A stretch of 64,000 bases of DNA from Camelus dromedarius (taxonomy: Eukaryota): positions 20,400,001 through 20,464,000 of the forward strand of contig NC_087436.1 of NCBI RefSeq assembly GCF_036321535.1, written 5' to 3'. The number at the start of each line of letters is the position of its first letter. Position 1 is the stretch's first letter. Positions 25,051-60,935 of the stretch are shown here, one piece after another. Both the position numbers and the translations under genes were made by a program. The notes below the pieces were generated by a model. That model worked only from the letters and a program-made list of their open reading frames with translations, had not been told where the DNA came from and searched no databases.

Positions 25051-28000
25051 TGGTGTTGCTGTGGTGTTCTGGAGCAGAAACCCTTTCTTAGGTGGAATGT
25101 TTCTGAAGGCTTTAAAAATTACATTAAAATAAAAACCCAAATTGGAACACACTCCTCCCCTCCCCCTTTAGCCTCACTCTCATTCTGGACAAGAGATTTT
25201 GGATATGTGTTCAAAGGGGCAGGTAAATTCCTGGCGTTGCCATTTTTCTTCATTCACAATCTATTTATCGGGTGACTGCCCCCATAAAAAGTAGAAAATA
25301 AGTTTGTTAAAGTATTTTTTATAAACAGCTTAATATAAAATAGATTTAGTGTTTGGTTTTTTCCTTACATAAGTTTAATTTCAAATGTTGGAAATGTGTG
25401 CTTTATAGTGTTTACTAAAGTGATAAAATATACCATTTGACACACTATAGATTCCAAAACATAATATTGCACCAAATAGAAATGTATATTTTATTATGCA
25501 ATGCCTTAGTCATAAACTGGGCTCAAACAATTCTTAGCCTAAAACACTGTTGTCTTTTGAAATGCTTCCAACCCAAAGGCCTTTCATCTCAATATCTGTC
25601 AAACTTGAATAATGTCTTCTCTTTAATATTACACATAAGGCAGCCTATTAACCTGTGTCTTAGAAATGTTGTATATAGTTCTTTTAATATTCATAGGGTA
25701 TATTTTTGAATTTTGGTGAGTGAGTGTTGAACTTGAGATTGCATACAAGAATAGATGTTTAAGAAGTAACAGGAAATCTAATGAAATGGCTGTTCCCACC
25801 AAGAATTCTTAGCACTGGTGTAAATATCATGGTGCCTACTCGAAAGAAATGTAGATGCTATGCATTTTGAAAATAATCTGCATCTGTTAAAACTGCAGAA
25901 GTTTTTTTAATGCCACTTTAACACTAATGCACTGACAGATTTAAATATTTTGTGAGAAGAATTGTTAAAAAATTTTTAGCTTGACAGGTTTCTATAGAGT
26001 TACTGTGTTTTGTTTTTCTCTTTGCGCCATCAGTTGTGTGTACCACTTTACATTTGCATGTTCAGTCTGTCACGGCTGGAACTATTGTACAGAAAAGGAT
26101 GCTTGTGACTTTTGAGTTCTTTTCTAGAGGATGCTGCTAGACAGTGGATTTGCTTTGCATTTGAGAGCTTGTTGCCCCTCCGGTGATGTCTCTGTCCCGC
26201 TTCCTTCAGTCTCTGCAGTATTCACTAGACGTCCCCTTTGCATGTTGCACTCTGTTCCCATTTGGAGACTTGATTCTCTGAATTAACACAGTATTTGTTC
26301 ATCTGTGTTACTATGTAAAAATAACTGTAGCTTGTATTTCTTATTTGTACATACCAATGTGAAAATCTACCCTTTTTTATGTTCTCTTTTGATCAGGAAG
26401 TTTGAGTGCTATGCAAATAATGTTGTAATTTCCCTTTGCATGCCATGTGTAATATGTTACCTAGCCAAAAGTAGACTTTCGTTTTTTTAATTTAAAGCAA
26501 ATTACTTTAAAAGCAGATACAATTCACTTGAATTTGACAAACTGAAGCAGATGAGTTTTCTGGGTTCTCTGATAACCTGCAGGAATGTTTGGATGCCAGC
26601 TAGGCTCAGTCAATCTCCACTGTACTGTAATAATGGTTATTTACCTCTGTGTTGTTTTAATTACCTAACGTCTGTGTAACTGCTGATTTGAGTAGTGATT
26701 AGTGTTTAGATGTTTTGTAACATAGGATTTTAGAGAGCACTTTGAAAGATAACATTTTATTATGATGGTGCTAGGTAAAAATTTGTGAGGACTGGGTGGT
26801 TGTGTGGAAAAAAGAAAAATTCTGGAGAGAACCCGTTGAAAGGCATTTCTGTTGTCACCTCTTCAGCTCAAACAACGGGGGAAGGTACTTCTGAAGCAAA
26901 TTTTTTCTTAGTTAACATCAGCAGTTGTTACGGAAAGAGATTAGGGGGTCCTCCACTTTCAGCTCATACTTTTCTATGTAGAGTCGATTAACTTGATGCT
27001 TTTATGAAAGTTACACTTAGATATAATGACCAGATTTAAAAGTTCAGTGTAAGTTTGATCTCAGGAGTCCAAAAGAAGTCACTGTTTCCAGTGTCCTTTG
27101 TTTTATTGACTGGGATTTGATCTTCTCAGTTTCTTCTGGAAATGTTTAAAACTTGGGCAGGAAAGAATACTGTTTATTTCCTCACTGTCACTCTGTCTTA
27201 CCTCAGCTGAGTAACAGAATACTCTATACAGTTCCTGAAGGAAACACGTATGTGCTTCCTGTTTCCCGTGCTCACCTCCGGGACGTGATGGAAACAGTGC
27301 AGAAAGAGAACTTCAGCAGTTGGTACTTTTCTCAGTGACCACTGGAATAAAAGAACTCTGACTTTTGATAATTAGTTATAAAATGATCAGTCTTTGTATG
27401 AAGGTCAGTTTTGTTCTTTTCCTTTAGGTTTGTTTTAAGTATGTAAGTCCAGGGGTTTTTTGCCTTAGGCTGAGGTCAAAGTAGGGCCGAGCAAGCTTTT
27501 GTCCGTCTTCATTTTAACTGAGTCATATGGTATACTGACATGAGCTAAAATGTTTCAGAGAAAAGCAAAAGTTAAGAAGTGGGAATCACTTGTATTTTGA
27601 GTTGGAAATTATGGAACTTACTTAGGATCATACACATTTTGAAGAACAAATGTTTAGAATGACCAAAGCTCACCTGTTTTTGTTTTGTTTGGGTTTGGTT
27701 GCTTTTGCTAAAACTTGATTCCAGTCCCTTTCCTTTTTAGTATTATGTATATTTCTCTTGTAGTTTATTTCCTCTCGTACCTTCAGTTCTTGCTCCGTGT
27801 ACCTGTTGGCAGCAGGATGCTAGCAACTGTGTAGTCCTCCTCCTGTTCCGTATGTTCATTTTCATGGCTGACCTAAGCTCAGACCCTGCCTTGCTGGCAG
27901 GAGTAGGTTTTCCCTGGTGACACAACGTATTTGATGCAAACTCTATATATTCTTGCAGTGTGTTTCCTATGTGACTCTAGGTGGAATAATGCCTGTGAAC

Positions 28001-28855
28001 TGCAGACTTGCTTATGATTGACTTGGTGCAATAAAGTTCCTTTCTAGCCATTTCTGGTTTAGAAAACATTCAGCCATCCTAGAAACTAGCAATATTTATT
28101 TACGCCTCATTTATTCTACAGTTTTAGATGAGGTAACCTTAGTCTTTCACTTATGGGTACTAAGCAAGGTCCATTTTGGTGTAGCTGAAGAGAATGCATA
28201 TTTGGCTACACTATTTCTGTTTACTGTATTTTGCTTCCTGTTCAATGTCTAAATGCTATTGTGTTTTTGTTTAAACTCTTAATAATGGCTCAGTACCAGT
28301 ATGTCAGTTTCAGAGAACTAAGGTTTTGCTACTAGTATCAGCCACTTACTCTCCCACTAATTGGGATTTCCCACTTATTTTTTCCCCGCTGAAATAGAAG
28401 TTTTAGAAAATCCTAGAAGAGGGGTGGGTGCATGTCTTAATGCTGGGAAACAGCAACTTTGGGGTTGAATTTACTTGAATGGATTAAAAATTGCATTGTT
28501 ACAGAGCTAGAGAAAAATTTATGTATGAAAAATGATAATAGCCTTACACTGAGTACAAATAATACTTAAAAGCATGTGAAGATGTGATCATTTGTGATGT
28601 TACTTGTTAAAAAAAAGTATATATACATCTTTTGAAGTGTTGAAAGGAAAATAGTACTTTATATTCTTTATCATATCACTTTTTGTAAGTGTTGAATATA
28701 TTCCTGTTTATTTTTCTATGTTCTGTTTTGTAGCCTTAAGAAGTGTTTCGAACATACCTGAATGTATAAAATAAGAGTAAATGCCCTACACGGTGTGATG
28801 CTGCATTACGTATAAAACTGTGTGCATATATTAAATTCTGTCTCTTGATTCTGCT
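25051..28855 (+). other. OTUD4: OTUD4 3' UTR (about 3.8 kb, end approximate)
   Basis: AU-rich with no recognisable interspersed repeats; many miRNA seed matches and Pumilio elements; ends shortly after ATTAAA at 28830-28835, which is followed by a GU/U-rich tract. Confidence 0.7.
28830..28835 (+). terminator. Likely distal poly(A) signal of OTUD4 (ATTAAA)
   Basis: ATTAAA followed about 20 nt later by ttgtggttctttggtt. Other AATAAA hexamers at 25128, 27346 and 28030. Confidence 0.6.
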
Positions 28856-29364
28856 TGTGGTTCTTTGGTTCTAGTGTTTTAACCAAGTAATATAGTGTAT
28901 AAATCTTAAGAGGAATTTAAGTAAACTTCTAAAACTAAGAGTTGGTTTCCATAGTTTTTATCCCAATCAGAAAATTATCTAGTGTGCAAGTAAATGCCAC
29001 ACGGGATTTATAATCTGAGGTAGGCACTGTTCTTTTCCCTACTCTCTATATAATAAAACTGGGGCCATGCAACCAGTAAGTGGTAGAATTTGAACTTGAA
29101 CCTGCTCTGATTCTTTTTAGTGCTAGTTCTGTCATTTTTCTTAGCAGTCTCATTAAGTGAAATGGGAATGTATAGAATAATTTATAGACTAAATGGCCTT
29201 TTTATTTGTTAGATCAAGCAAATCATTGAAAGTTTTATTTGAAAACAGGTAGCAAGTATACTTAACTACTTTGAAAACCCAAGTTTCTTAAGGTTGTATT
29301 TCTTCATTAAATCATCACTTAAGAATATTACTAATCAATACTTCTTAACCTTCTTACTTTATGT

Positions 29365-29750
29365 ATGGACTTTGTCTGCATATGGCTTCCTCAGGAAGCA
29401 GAGCCTGAAACAAAGGCTTCATTCAGTACAGGGTTTGATGGAGAGGTGCCCAAGGTACAGGGGCAGAAAGCTGGAAGGAGGATATCAAGTCATGCGGGCC
29501 ATTTGTTTGGGGCTGCCCGAGGAGGGGAGTGAAGGCTCACAGAACATTGGTGGGGGTGGAGGAGGGGTCTGAGGGAGAAAGGAAGGGCAGGGGTTGGGGG
29601 GAAGCATTTATCTATCAGCTATGAGTGCCGGCACCTCTCCCCTGGAGTTGGGGGGGAAAGCAAAAGGGATTGTGTTCCGGAGCTGGTTGAAGCCCTGGCA
29701 GAACTGACAGGATAAAAGGGTGAGACCGAGTGACCAGTAGTCCACAGAAA
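29365..29750. mobile_element. Old ERVL/MaLR-type LTR fragment
   Basis: ggcttcctcaggaagcagagcctgaaacaaagg start motif; subfamily uncertain. Confidence 0.45.
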
Positions 29751-30799
29751 GTGGCCTATTCAGGGTTTCTCTAACTTTTCTGTATTTCGAAGGGCTTCCG
29801 TTCTACTTTGAGTATACTTGCGTTACTTGGACTCTGAAGTCCATGTCTATGGAATGGTATGAGAATGCAAATTAATTACAAAAGAGGGAGTAAACACAAC
29901 CTGCCTTCACAGACCTTAACAATTTATACGCTCATCAGAAAGTGTGAATCCTGCCCTCCTCAGGACACTGAAGCTTCAGATATTGGTATGAACAGCAGGA
30001 GTTTGTTAGATTGATCCTTTGAGTTCATTAGAGAAACTGGACTTGAAAGTCAATCCTTTCTAAAAACACCATTGCTGTGATTACATTTTATTTTTCACAT
30101 CTAGGCAAGAAAATCAAATTCTCTGTGGTAAGCTTGTTTCTAAAATGAAAACCTTGGCTTTGGACTAAATGGCCTTAAGATAGAGTAAGAAACAAAGTAA
30201 TGCTATGTACTTTTCTAGGGAAATAACTTGTTCCTGTGTAACTTAGTCCTTTATGATTTTAGACATTCACAAATGAGGGGCAAAAAATAGAGACCAGAAA
30301 CCAGAGGCACAGATGTGAAGTGACACTAAGGCTGTGCTCCATGAGAGGGGATGGAAGAACGTGGCTGCCAGACTCATCAGCTGAAAAGGTTTAGATACAA
30401 GAGATGGACTTGGGCACATGCAAGGTTGGGAGCTGGAACTAATACATCTGCATTAAAGCCAGGAGCACCTCAGTAAAATGGGCCCTAATAATAATAGGAA
30501 AAATTTCCTGTAGACAAGCCTCTCCTGGCCTGGGTTCTAGATTCTTAAAAGGTAAAACAAAAACAAACACAAACCCCACTGACTGAGAATGTTTTTACAC
30601 TTGTTTAGGTTTGAGGTCCAGGAATCTGCAAGCTAAGATGAAAAGTGGTTCCAAGTTGGTGACACACTTGGTCACCTGGCAGAAGTAAATGCAAAGCCTT
30701 TGGAGAGACAAACCCCAGAGCCAAGGGGCCAAGATTACTTCAAGAGAAATCGTTTGACTTAAAAGCAACTTAAATAGGGATTTGTTTTCCTTTCCTAAG

Positions 30800-31130
30800 A
30801 AATCTAGAGGGAAAGTGGCTGCTGGCAGTTGTGCCATGTTTGATGTCAGGGCTGGCATCCTTGTGGCTTTCTTGGCATTTCCCTTGTCACCTTATAGCCA
30901 CAAAAAGCGGTACCAGATATGTATCTCCTTTTATTAGGACAGCAAGAGAGCTTCTGGAAACCCCAAGACTTCTACTTTTAGCTTGCTGGCTAGAATTGGG
31001 TCAACATAGCATCATGCCTCGCTGTGAGAGACTAGGAAAACATGGAAGAGGACTGTCATGACGGTTTTAGCCTAGTTATGCTCCAGCACCTGGAGCTGGG
31101 CACCCTGCCTATCAAACTGGCAAGGAAGGA
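30800..31130. mobile_element. Old MaLR (MLT1K/L-like) LTR fragment
   Basis: cccaagacttc...ggctagaattgggtca...cctggagctgggc motifs. Confidence 0.45.
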
Positions 31131-32309
31131 CATGCTGGTGAGTAAAAAAATACAAGTGTAAAAACTATAAGGTCCTGAACAACTGTTACTTTGATAATTC
31201 TAGCTGCTTCTCTAACTGGCTTTGCTTTGTCAGTCCCTACTTTGAGCACACAAACACCTCTACCTTAAATCTTGAAGGCACTGGAAATCCACTACCGCCT
31301 ACCAGTATTCATGCTTCCCTCTCACTAATCTCTTCAACGCCCATGCTGGTTTCTGCCTCTGACATGACCTGTATTCTGGTTTACGTGGGTTGTCTTACCA
31401 TTTTTATCATGATGGTGCCTTTCCCCTGGGAGCTACCTGCACATAAGCCTTTTCTGACCCTCCAACCGAGGACTATTTCACTTTTGAAAACACTTGGTGC
31501 TCGTAATACACCAGACACTGGGTTAAGGGCTTGACGTACACGTATCTAAAATGTTAGTGAATATGAATGAAATTAAAGACCCAACTGAGTAGTTAGTTAT
31601 CCAGTCTTCCTACAGAAACACACTCTGTGGCAAGTACATTCATTCCTTCAATATAGTAGGTGAACTGCATGCCACACACCAGTCTACACATTGAATTGAA
31701 GCAAGAGTGAGAAGGTACTGGATCTCAAGATGCTATGGCCTAAAATTAGGTTATCCTAAGTTCCAGAGATAACACTGCTTTTGTAAAGACTGCTGTATAC
31801 TAGGCTGAATACACATAATATGTACGAAATACAAAATTCAAAAGGTGATGGGTGTATGTGTATATATGTGTCTCCTTTCTTCCCTGTCTTAACCAACAAG
31901 TAATCCTTTTCAAAAGCATTATTTTCTTGAGTATTTTTTGTACATTGTATTATTTTATTTTCATATAAACAGTGGTGTGTTACAATAAACTATGTTGCAC
32001 CATGCTTTTTTGCTTAGAGATTTTTTTTTAATCAGGATATATTGAGCAGTCTGTCTCTTTAATAGTTAACATCTGCACTGATGTATTTGAGTTGGTAATA
32101 GATTTTATAAAAAACTCATGTGTTCATAATTTTAAGTCCTTTTCTTTTGCTATATAAAATTTTAACATCCAAATCCCTATTTAAAAAATTTCATTTACAT
32201 GTAAAACATTACAATTGATGGATATTCTGCCATCAGCAAGAAGTTGAAAGAACTGTGCTCTTATATCAAAGATTTTCTTAAGGACATGATACAGAATTGA
32301 TAAATAAAA

Positions 32310-33937
32310 ATAGCTTTTGTCTTATTTTATTCAATGTATTTGAAGTAATCATTCACAAATTTAACCTATCCTTAAAAATAGGCACTACTTATCTTAGTAC
32401 AATCCCATTTATGTACAAAACAAACCCTTTACACATTCACACTTAGGTTAAGTGCACAGAAAAAAGCATAAAAGGGAGGATATATATTATTAAACATAAA
32501 TACTGGTAACCTTTGGGAGGGTAAAATGAAGGAAGACCATAACTCTTTATTCCATATATTTCTATATATTTGAATTTTCACAACAAACGTATTTATGGAT
32601 TACTTACATAAATTAATTTTTTAAAAGGTATAATGGGGCTCTGTTAAACCCTACTTTCTATCCACTGTTTGCAAATTAATCAAAGCTTCTATCGTTTTAA
32701 GGAGCTCTAAAAGTCTGCTCAATAATTTCTAGTTAGTGTAAGTTAGTTCCAGTTCGGCACATTAGTCAGAAGTATAATTAAAGTGGTTTCACACTACAGG
32801 TATCCCCCTGTTCAAACTCAGGAACTCAAGAAATTTGGATAGATTTTAGAACTCCTGCTACACACTATTCAAAACTCAAAAAAAAGTCAAATAGATTTAG
32901 ATAATATCCTCTATAACCAAACTTAGAAATGAATATATTTGGTACCAAAGGATACTTTGTATTGCTACTGGGGACTCACTTATTTGCATTAATGTTGCCC
33001 TTAGGGAAGTGGTTCACAGTCCCTGTCTGCCCATCAGAAATGTGTGCAATTTTAAAAATATATAGATGCATAGGGAAAAATACGAAGATGCTAACTCTAA
33101 AAATTCTGGGCCTATCCTGTACTTTTAAGGAAAACAAATGTTCTTTAAAATGCCTTTTCCTAAATCTTGATCAATGATTATATAAATGTATGTTTAAAGA
33201 ATAGCACTACTTTGAGAAAAATTACAGAATATACAATCTTATGGAATGCTAAATCTGAATAAGTCAGAGTAAAATTAGGGTTTTCGGGGGGCTAGGAGAA
33301 GGGTGTGTTGAAATGATTTTCGATAGATATTCAAAAGCACCAAAAACATTGTAAACAATGCTTAAGTTTGTAATAGTCATCTTCCAGCAGTGGTGTTTTG
33401 TACTAGATAATCTTCCCTTGAAAGTCTAAGCACACTGAGAATTTAGTGCAAAGGCTGAAAACAAATCAATACAATCCTGATGTTTATTTATCAAATTTCA
33501 TCAGTAGAGTCATCGACCGGCCTTAAAAATAAGGGTGGTTTCATTATACTAGAATACTTGGCAAACTATGGAATTACAGAAACTTGTTTCAAGATTTTTA
33601 AAAGGGGGCAACACTGGTCAGCATTCAGTACATGAATATATAATATACTTATTGAAAATCTTCGCATACATCATGAAAACTTGGAGGTAATCTGTATAGC
33701 TTGAAATGTCTTCATTTTTGAATGTTATGCACAAAAAGGGCCCTATCAAGAACAGAAAAGTGATATTTTCTGTATTCCGATTACAGTTTATAACACAACT
33801 GGCTTTTGATGTTATTACAGCAAGTTAAATTCCAAGCTCCAGGGCATGTGGGGTATAAAACCTGATTTTCAGTTTTATATGACAAAAATCCCAATGTTTC
33901 TTTTAATAAATGGCTTATCAGTATTCTCAGATTCACT
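32310..33937 (-). other. ABCE1: ABCE1 3' UTR (end approximate)
   Basis: Follows the TAG. Minus-strand AATAAA at 33483-33488 (proximal) and 32326-32331 (distal). Confidence 0.6.
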
Positions 33938-56889
<22,952 letters not shown>

Positions 56890-56919
56890 TTATTACCTGG
56901 AACAAGTGAGAAAAGAAAA

Positions 56920-57450
56920 GCTAATAAATGCAATAAAATAATTTAGTAAGGTTGGGAAAACAAAACTTTACATATATACCATCAATCAGGAGATTCATTT
57001 AAAGAAGGAAAAAACACCACTTTCAGGAGTCACAAAAAAGACCTAGGAATCAACTTAAGATATATACATGTGAGGAAACTTTCAAAATACCACTGAAAGA
57101 CATAAAAGACTTGAACATGTAGAATGACAATGACACGCTGTCTGAGTTTTTACAGTAGAGAACTGTCGATTATCAGAGATTTCAACCTTCCCTAAATTTT
57201 TAAGTTTAATCCAATCTCAAGGGAAAAAACTCAACAAGACAAATCAAACCTAAAGCTCTTATGCAGAAAGAAAAGCAGTACTAGCTAGGAAAACAGAAAG
57301 AGAGCAAGTGGGATGGGAGAACTTATACCTGACATATGGAAAAAAATGATTATAAGGTATCAGAAATTAATGCTGGTACCCGAGTGAGAATACAGATCAA
57401 TAAACAGAACAGAAAGACATGATATGAAAACATACATATGATAAAGATGT
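56920..57450 (+). mobile_element. Old L1 (L1ME-type) ORF2 fragment
   Basis: cctaggaatcaactta...ctgaaagacataaaagacttgaac...cagatcaataaacagaacagaaag, degenerate sense L1 text. Confidence 0.6.
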
Positions 57451-58089
57451 TTACTTCCTCCTTCAAGCTAAGTATCACTTCATGTCTTAACCATCTGAGC
57501 TAATGACACTACTGATGGAAATGGCAAACCATTATTAAGGTTTTAACCATCATGTTGGTCAACTGGAAAAAGTAAAAACTTCTTTCCCTGCGAATTTATA
57601 ATACTGCCAAGATGAATTTTACACTAACAGCATTGAAATGAGAATGAGACCAAGTAACTAAATGCATAGACTGCCCGCTTTTATAGCTTTCATAAGTCTT
57701 CATATTTCACAGTGTCATCAATTATGTAGCTGAGGTCAATATTAACTTAAAAATCTCTTATGATATTGGGCTTAGGGACAGACATTAATATTCTTAGAAG
57801 GTGATTAAAGTAATTCCAAAAAGTGCCTTAATACTTCAGTTTATCCTAACATGTAATGAAAGAACCTGAAGCTAAAAGACTACTGATTGACAAAGACATT
57901 CCATTGGCTTTTTCTATTGACTGTGATCCTCTACCCAGACGTTTTTGACAGATTGCTTTCTCTTGTAGACCTCACTAGTACCCCTCAATATCACTAAGCT
58001 TGGAAGGGGGTAAAAGATCTTGCTGCTCAGTGCTGCTTCCAGACTATTTCTCTCCCTCCTCACTAGAAACAGTCAGCCTAAAAATATAG

Positions 58090-58350
58090 AACTGCTTCGT
58101 TTTACTCTCCTTAGCTCTTTCCACTATATGACATAATATAGATTTCATATATATATATACATCTATGGTACATATACACACTTATTGTGTAGTATACGTA
58201 TTTAGATATCCTCTCTCCATGCAGAGACTATATTTTCCCCTCTCCAAACAGAATGTACTCCAACATGAGGGCAGGAATTTTTGTCTGTTCATCCTAGTGG
58301 CTGGACCAGTGACTACCACATAGTAGGAGCTCAAATATTTCTGTTAAATA
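58090..58350. mobile_element. L2 3'-end fragment
   Basis: agaatgtactccaacatgagggcaggaatttttgtctgtt...cacatagtaggagctcaaatattt. Confidence 0.65.
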
Positions 58351-60588
58351 AAATAAGAAAATGTATTTAGATATGGTAAATAATTTTCCTATAGGTTATA
58401 ACAACTTCAGAAATACTGCAAGTTACCAATACATTATAGTGACAGTTACCCACTAAAGTATATACCAGAAAAAAAAAATCATCCAAAAGGAGACTAAATT
58501 TTATGTAATAAACAGAGTTATGCTAACTGATAGGTTCACTTTACCCCTTTAAAATCTTCAGCAACTGGTTCAGGCCGTCTAAAGATTAGAAGAAGAAACT
58601 AAATTAACCTTTGAATTCCTAAAAAAGCTATCATTCTGGAAGTGACAACTCCCTAGAAACCGAAGATTCTTTAGTTAGCTATTAAAATAAAACTGGACAT
58701 CATACATATTCATTGTGGCTCAACACGAACTAAGCATAATGAATTCCCCTGTAGGGGCTAAATCTTCACTGATTTATCATTACATTAAAGTTTATTTCTG
58801 TCAAACTACTACAATGCTTCATCTAATATTTCAAACCATTCAAAAAACCAAATGACTGTAAGAGACGATACCAGAGATGGTTAATAAGTTGATTTACATG
58901 AAAAAGTAGATTATAATGCATTTAAGAAAAATGAATACAGATCCTTTACAGACTGTTAATTAACTGTGTAAACACTATTAATTAAATTTCTATGTTAGTT
59001 TCAAGAACTGGGAAGAGGGAATCCCCACTTTCTCTTTCAATGAGAAAGAAACAGCACAGGAAAGCTTGGAAGGGAAGACTATAGGAACAAACCCCTTAAA
59101 ACAAAGAGGGATTTGAAAATATGCCAAATCTGAAAACAAATTCAGAAAATGACCTTCACTGTCATCCTTCCAGCTGGGAGGGAAAAAGGAAGTGAGACAT
59201 ACATGGAAAGCCTTTGCAGTCTAAGACCAAAATTATAATAACACCCTGTGAAAGCATTTAAAAGACTGCTGTAAATGAATGATGCTTGATACGTAAATAT
59301 TCTAACTTATGCTATTGCAAATTATTAATCTTATGAAACTCAAGTTGGGAGTGGTGCACAGCTACGGTTTCAGAGTATTAAATGGAGGACAATTAGAAGG
59401 GATACTAAATTAACATTGCCTTCTCCTTCTCCCACACCAGCAATTATATTAAGTGTTCTTCCAAAAAAAATTTTTATACGAAAGAACAAGGCTTTTAACT
59501 AAAACTTAAACAAACAAAAATACTTTTTGGCTGAGATACAGATAAGAGCCCTTGGTTAATACTGACAAAGCATTATTGTCAAGTAACTGATACAGAATGA
59601 ATATTCTCAGTATGAAGGACAAAGATTGAGGACTGCAACACACATACCATTATCATAACTGCTAATTAACAGTTCTATGGAAAAGAGGGCAAAACAACAC
59701 ACACACACTGTTTTGACAGCCATTTCTCACTTTTGCCAGTTTTACCGCAAGAAAATGAGAAAACAGCTTATGTAGTTTATGGGATGTGGGAATTGGCGTG
59801 AGCCATCATGCCTATAATATATGAACCACTGAAGTAAAAATAAAGGTATTTTCAGTAATGACACCACCCCTGATCTCAAGGAGTTTTAAGATACAGTAAA
59901 GAGAAAAACGGAGAAGTCATCAAGACGAAAAGTGCGGATCTTGTAAAAGCGCACCCCAAATGCTGAAGGCGTTAACCTGGGAGATTACTGAACTAACCCT
60001 GGTTACAGCAGAGTGCACGTTACTCTGAGAAAAGCAGTGACGTTTGGCCGTCATTTCTAAAGAGACTGGGAGTGGAAAAGGAGTACGCGACTCCATGGCG
60101 GCAAGATGCCATGACTCATAGCACAGTCGCCAAACGGTACAAGAAAAGGCCAAGACTTCCCATAGTCAAATTCGTACCCGTGACATTATACCCATTACAC
60201 TGTGTCGGGAAAGAGTGGGGGGTAGGAGGGGACGCTGTAAGTTCTAAAGGGAAGATTCAGCTCTAGGGTAGGAGCGGTGTAAGAGGGGTGGCGGTGGAGG
60301 TGGTAACACTGAGGGGATAGCATCCAGGTCCACTTTCGTGTTCCCTGGCGGGGATGGCGACCAAAAGCGGCCAGGAGCCAGGCGGGCTGGAAGGGAAGCG
60401 CGAGGCGGTTCCAGACGTCGGTGGCGCCCGCGCTCCGCCGGTTCCAGCTGTCTCTCCCAAGCCGGCTGCCACGCGCCGCCGCCGTCTCCACAGCCGCCAC
60501 CTGAGGCCTAACCTAAAGGCTCTCGGAGAACGTCCCTAAAGTGGCGGACTGCAGCTAACGGCCAAACCTTGCCGGGGTATCCACTTAC

Positions 60589-60720
60589 CTGGAAAGACAG
60601 ATTTCCCTCGCGGAGGGGCATGCAGAGGCCAAACCAGCTCTTGCTTTCACTTCTCAGGCAAACGGCGTGTTCCTACGGCCACCGGCCAAAATGGCGGTGC
60701 CCAGCCGCCGCCGCCTCGCG
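60589..60720 (-). other. ABCE1: ABCE1 non-coding exon 1 (5' end approximate)
   Basis: Consensus donor CAG|gtaagt at 60589/60588 inside the CpG island; resembles the mammalian ABCE1 leader as recalled (ggcaccgccattttggccggtggccgt). Confidence 0.8.
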
Positions 60721-60849
60721 CATGCCACAAGCACATAGTGCGCACGCGCGACAGGGAGCGCAAGGCGGAGCCCTGGAGGGTGGTAGGGCGAGACAGCGCG
60801 AACTGACGTCATTGGGCTGCGACCTCAAGTTACGTCGTTGGGGGAGAGA

Positions 60850-60935
60850 GGCTATGCTGAGAAGCTGAGTGGGAGTGGCGCGGAGCTGTGGCGGATCCTG
60901 AAAACCTGAGTGGTGGCAAGCCGGGTCTGCAAGCT
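60850..60935 (+). other. ANAPC10: ANAPC10 non-coding exon 1 (5' end approximate)
   Basis: Donor GCT|gtaagt at 60935/60936 in the CpG island, upstream of the first coding exon. Confidence 0.7.

Noticed and set aside
23791..25132. Alternative-frame and antisense ORFs overlapping the last OTUD4 exon
   Set aside because: By-products of a long GC-rich coding exon
60195..60868. Several 60-101 aa ORFs on both strands in the CpG island
   Set aside because: Expected in GC-rich, stop-poor promoter DNA; Ala/Arg/Gly/Pro-biased with no recognisable domain
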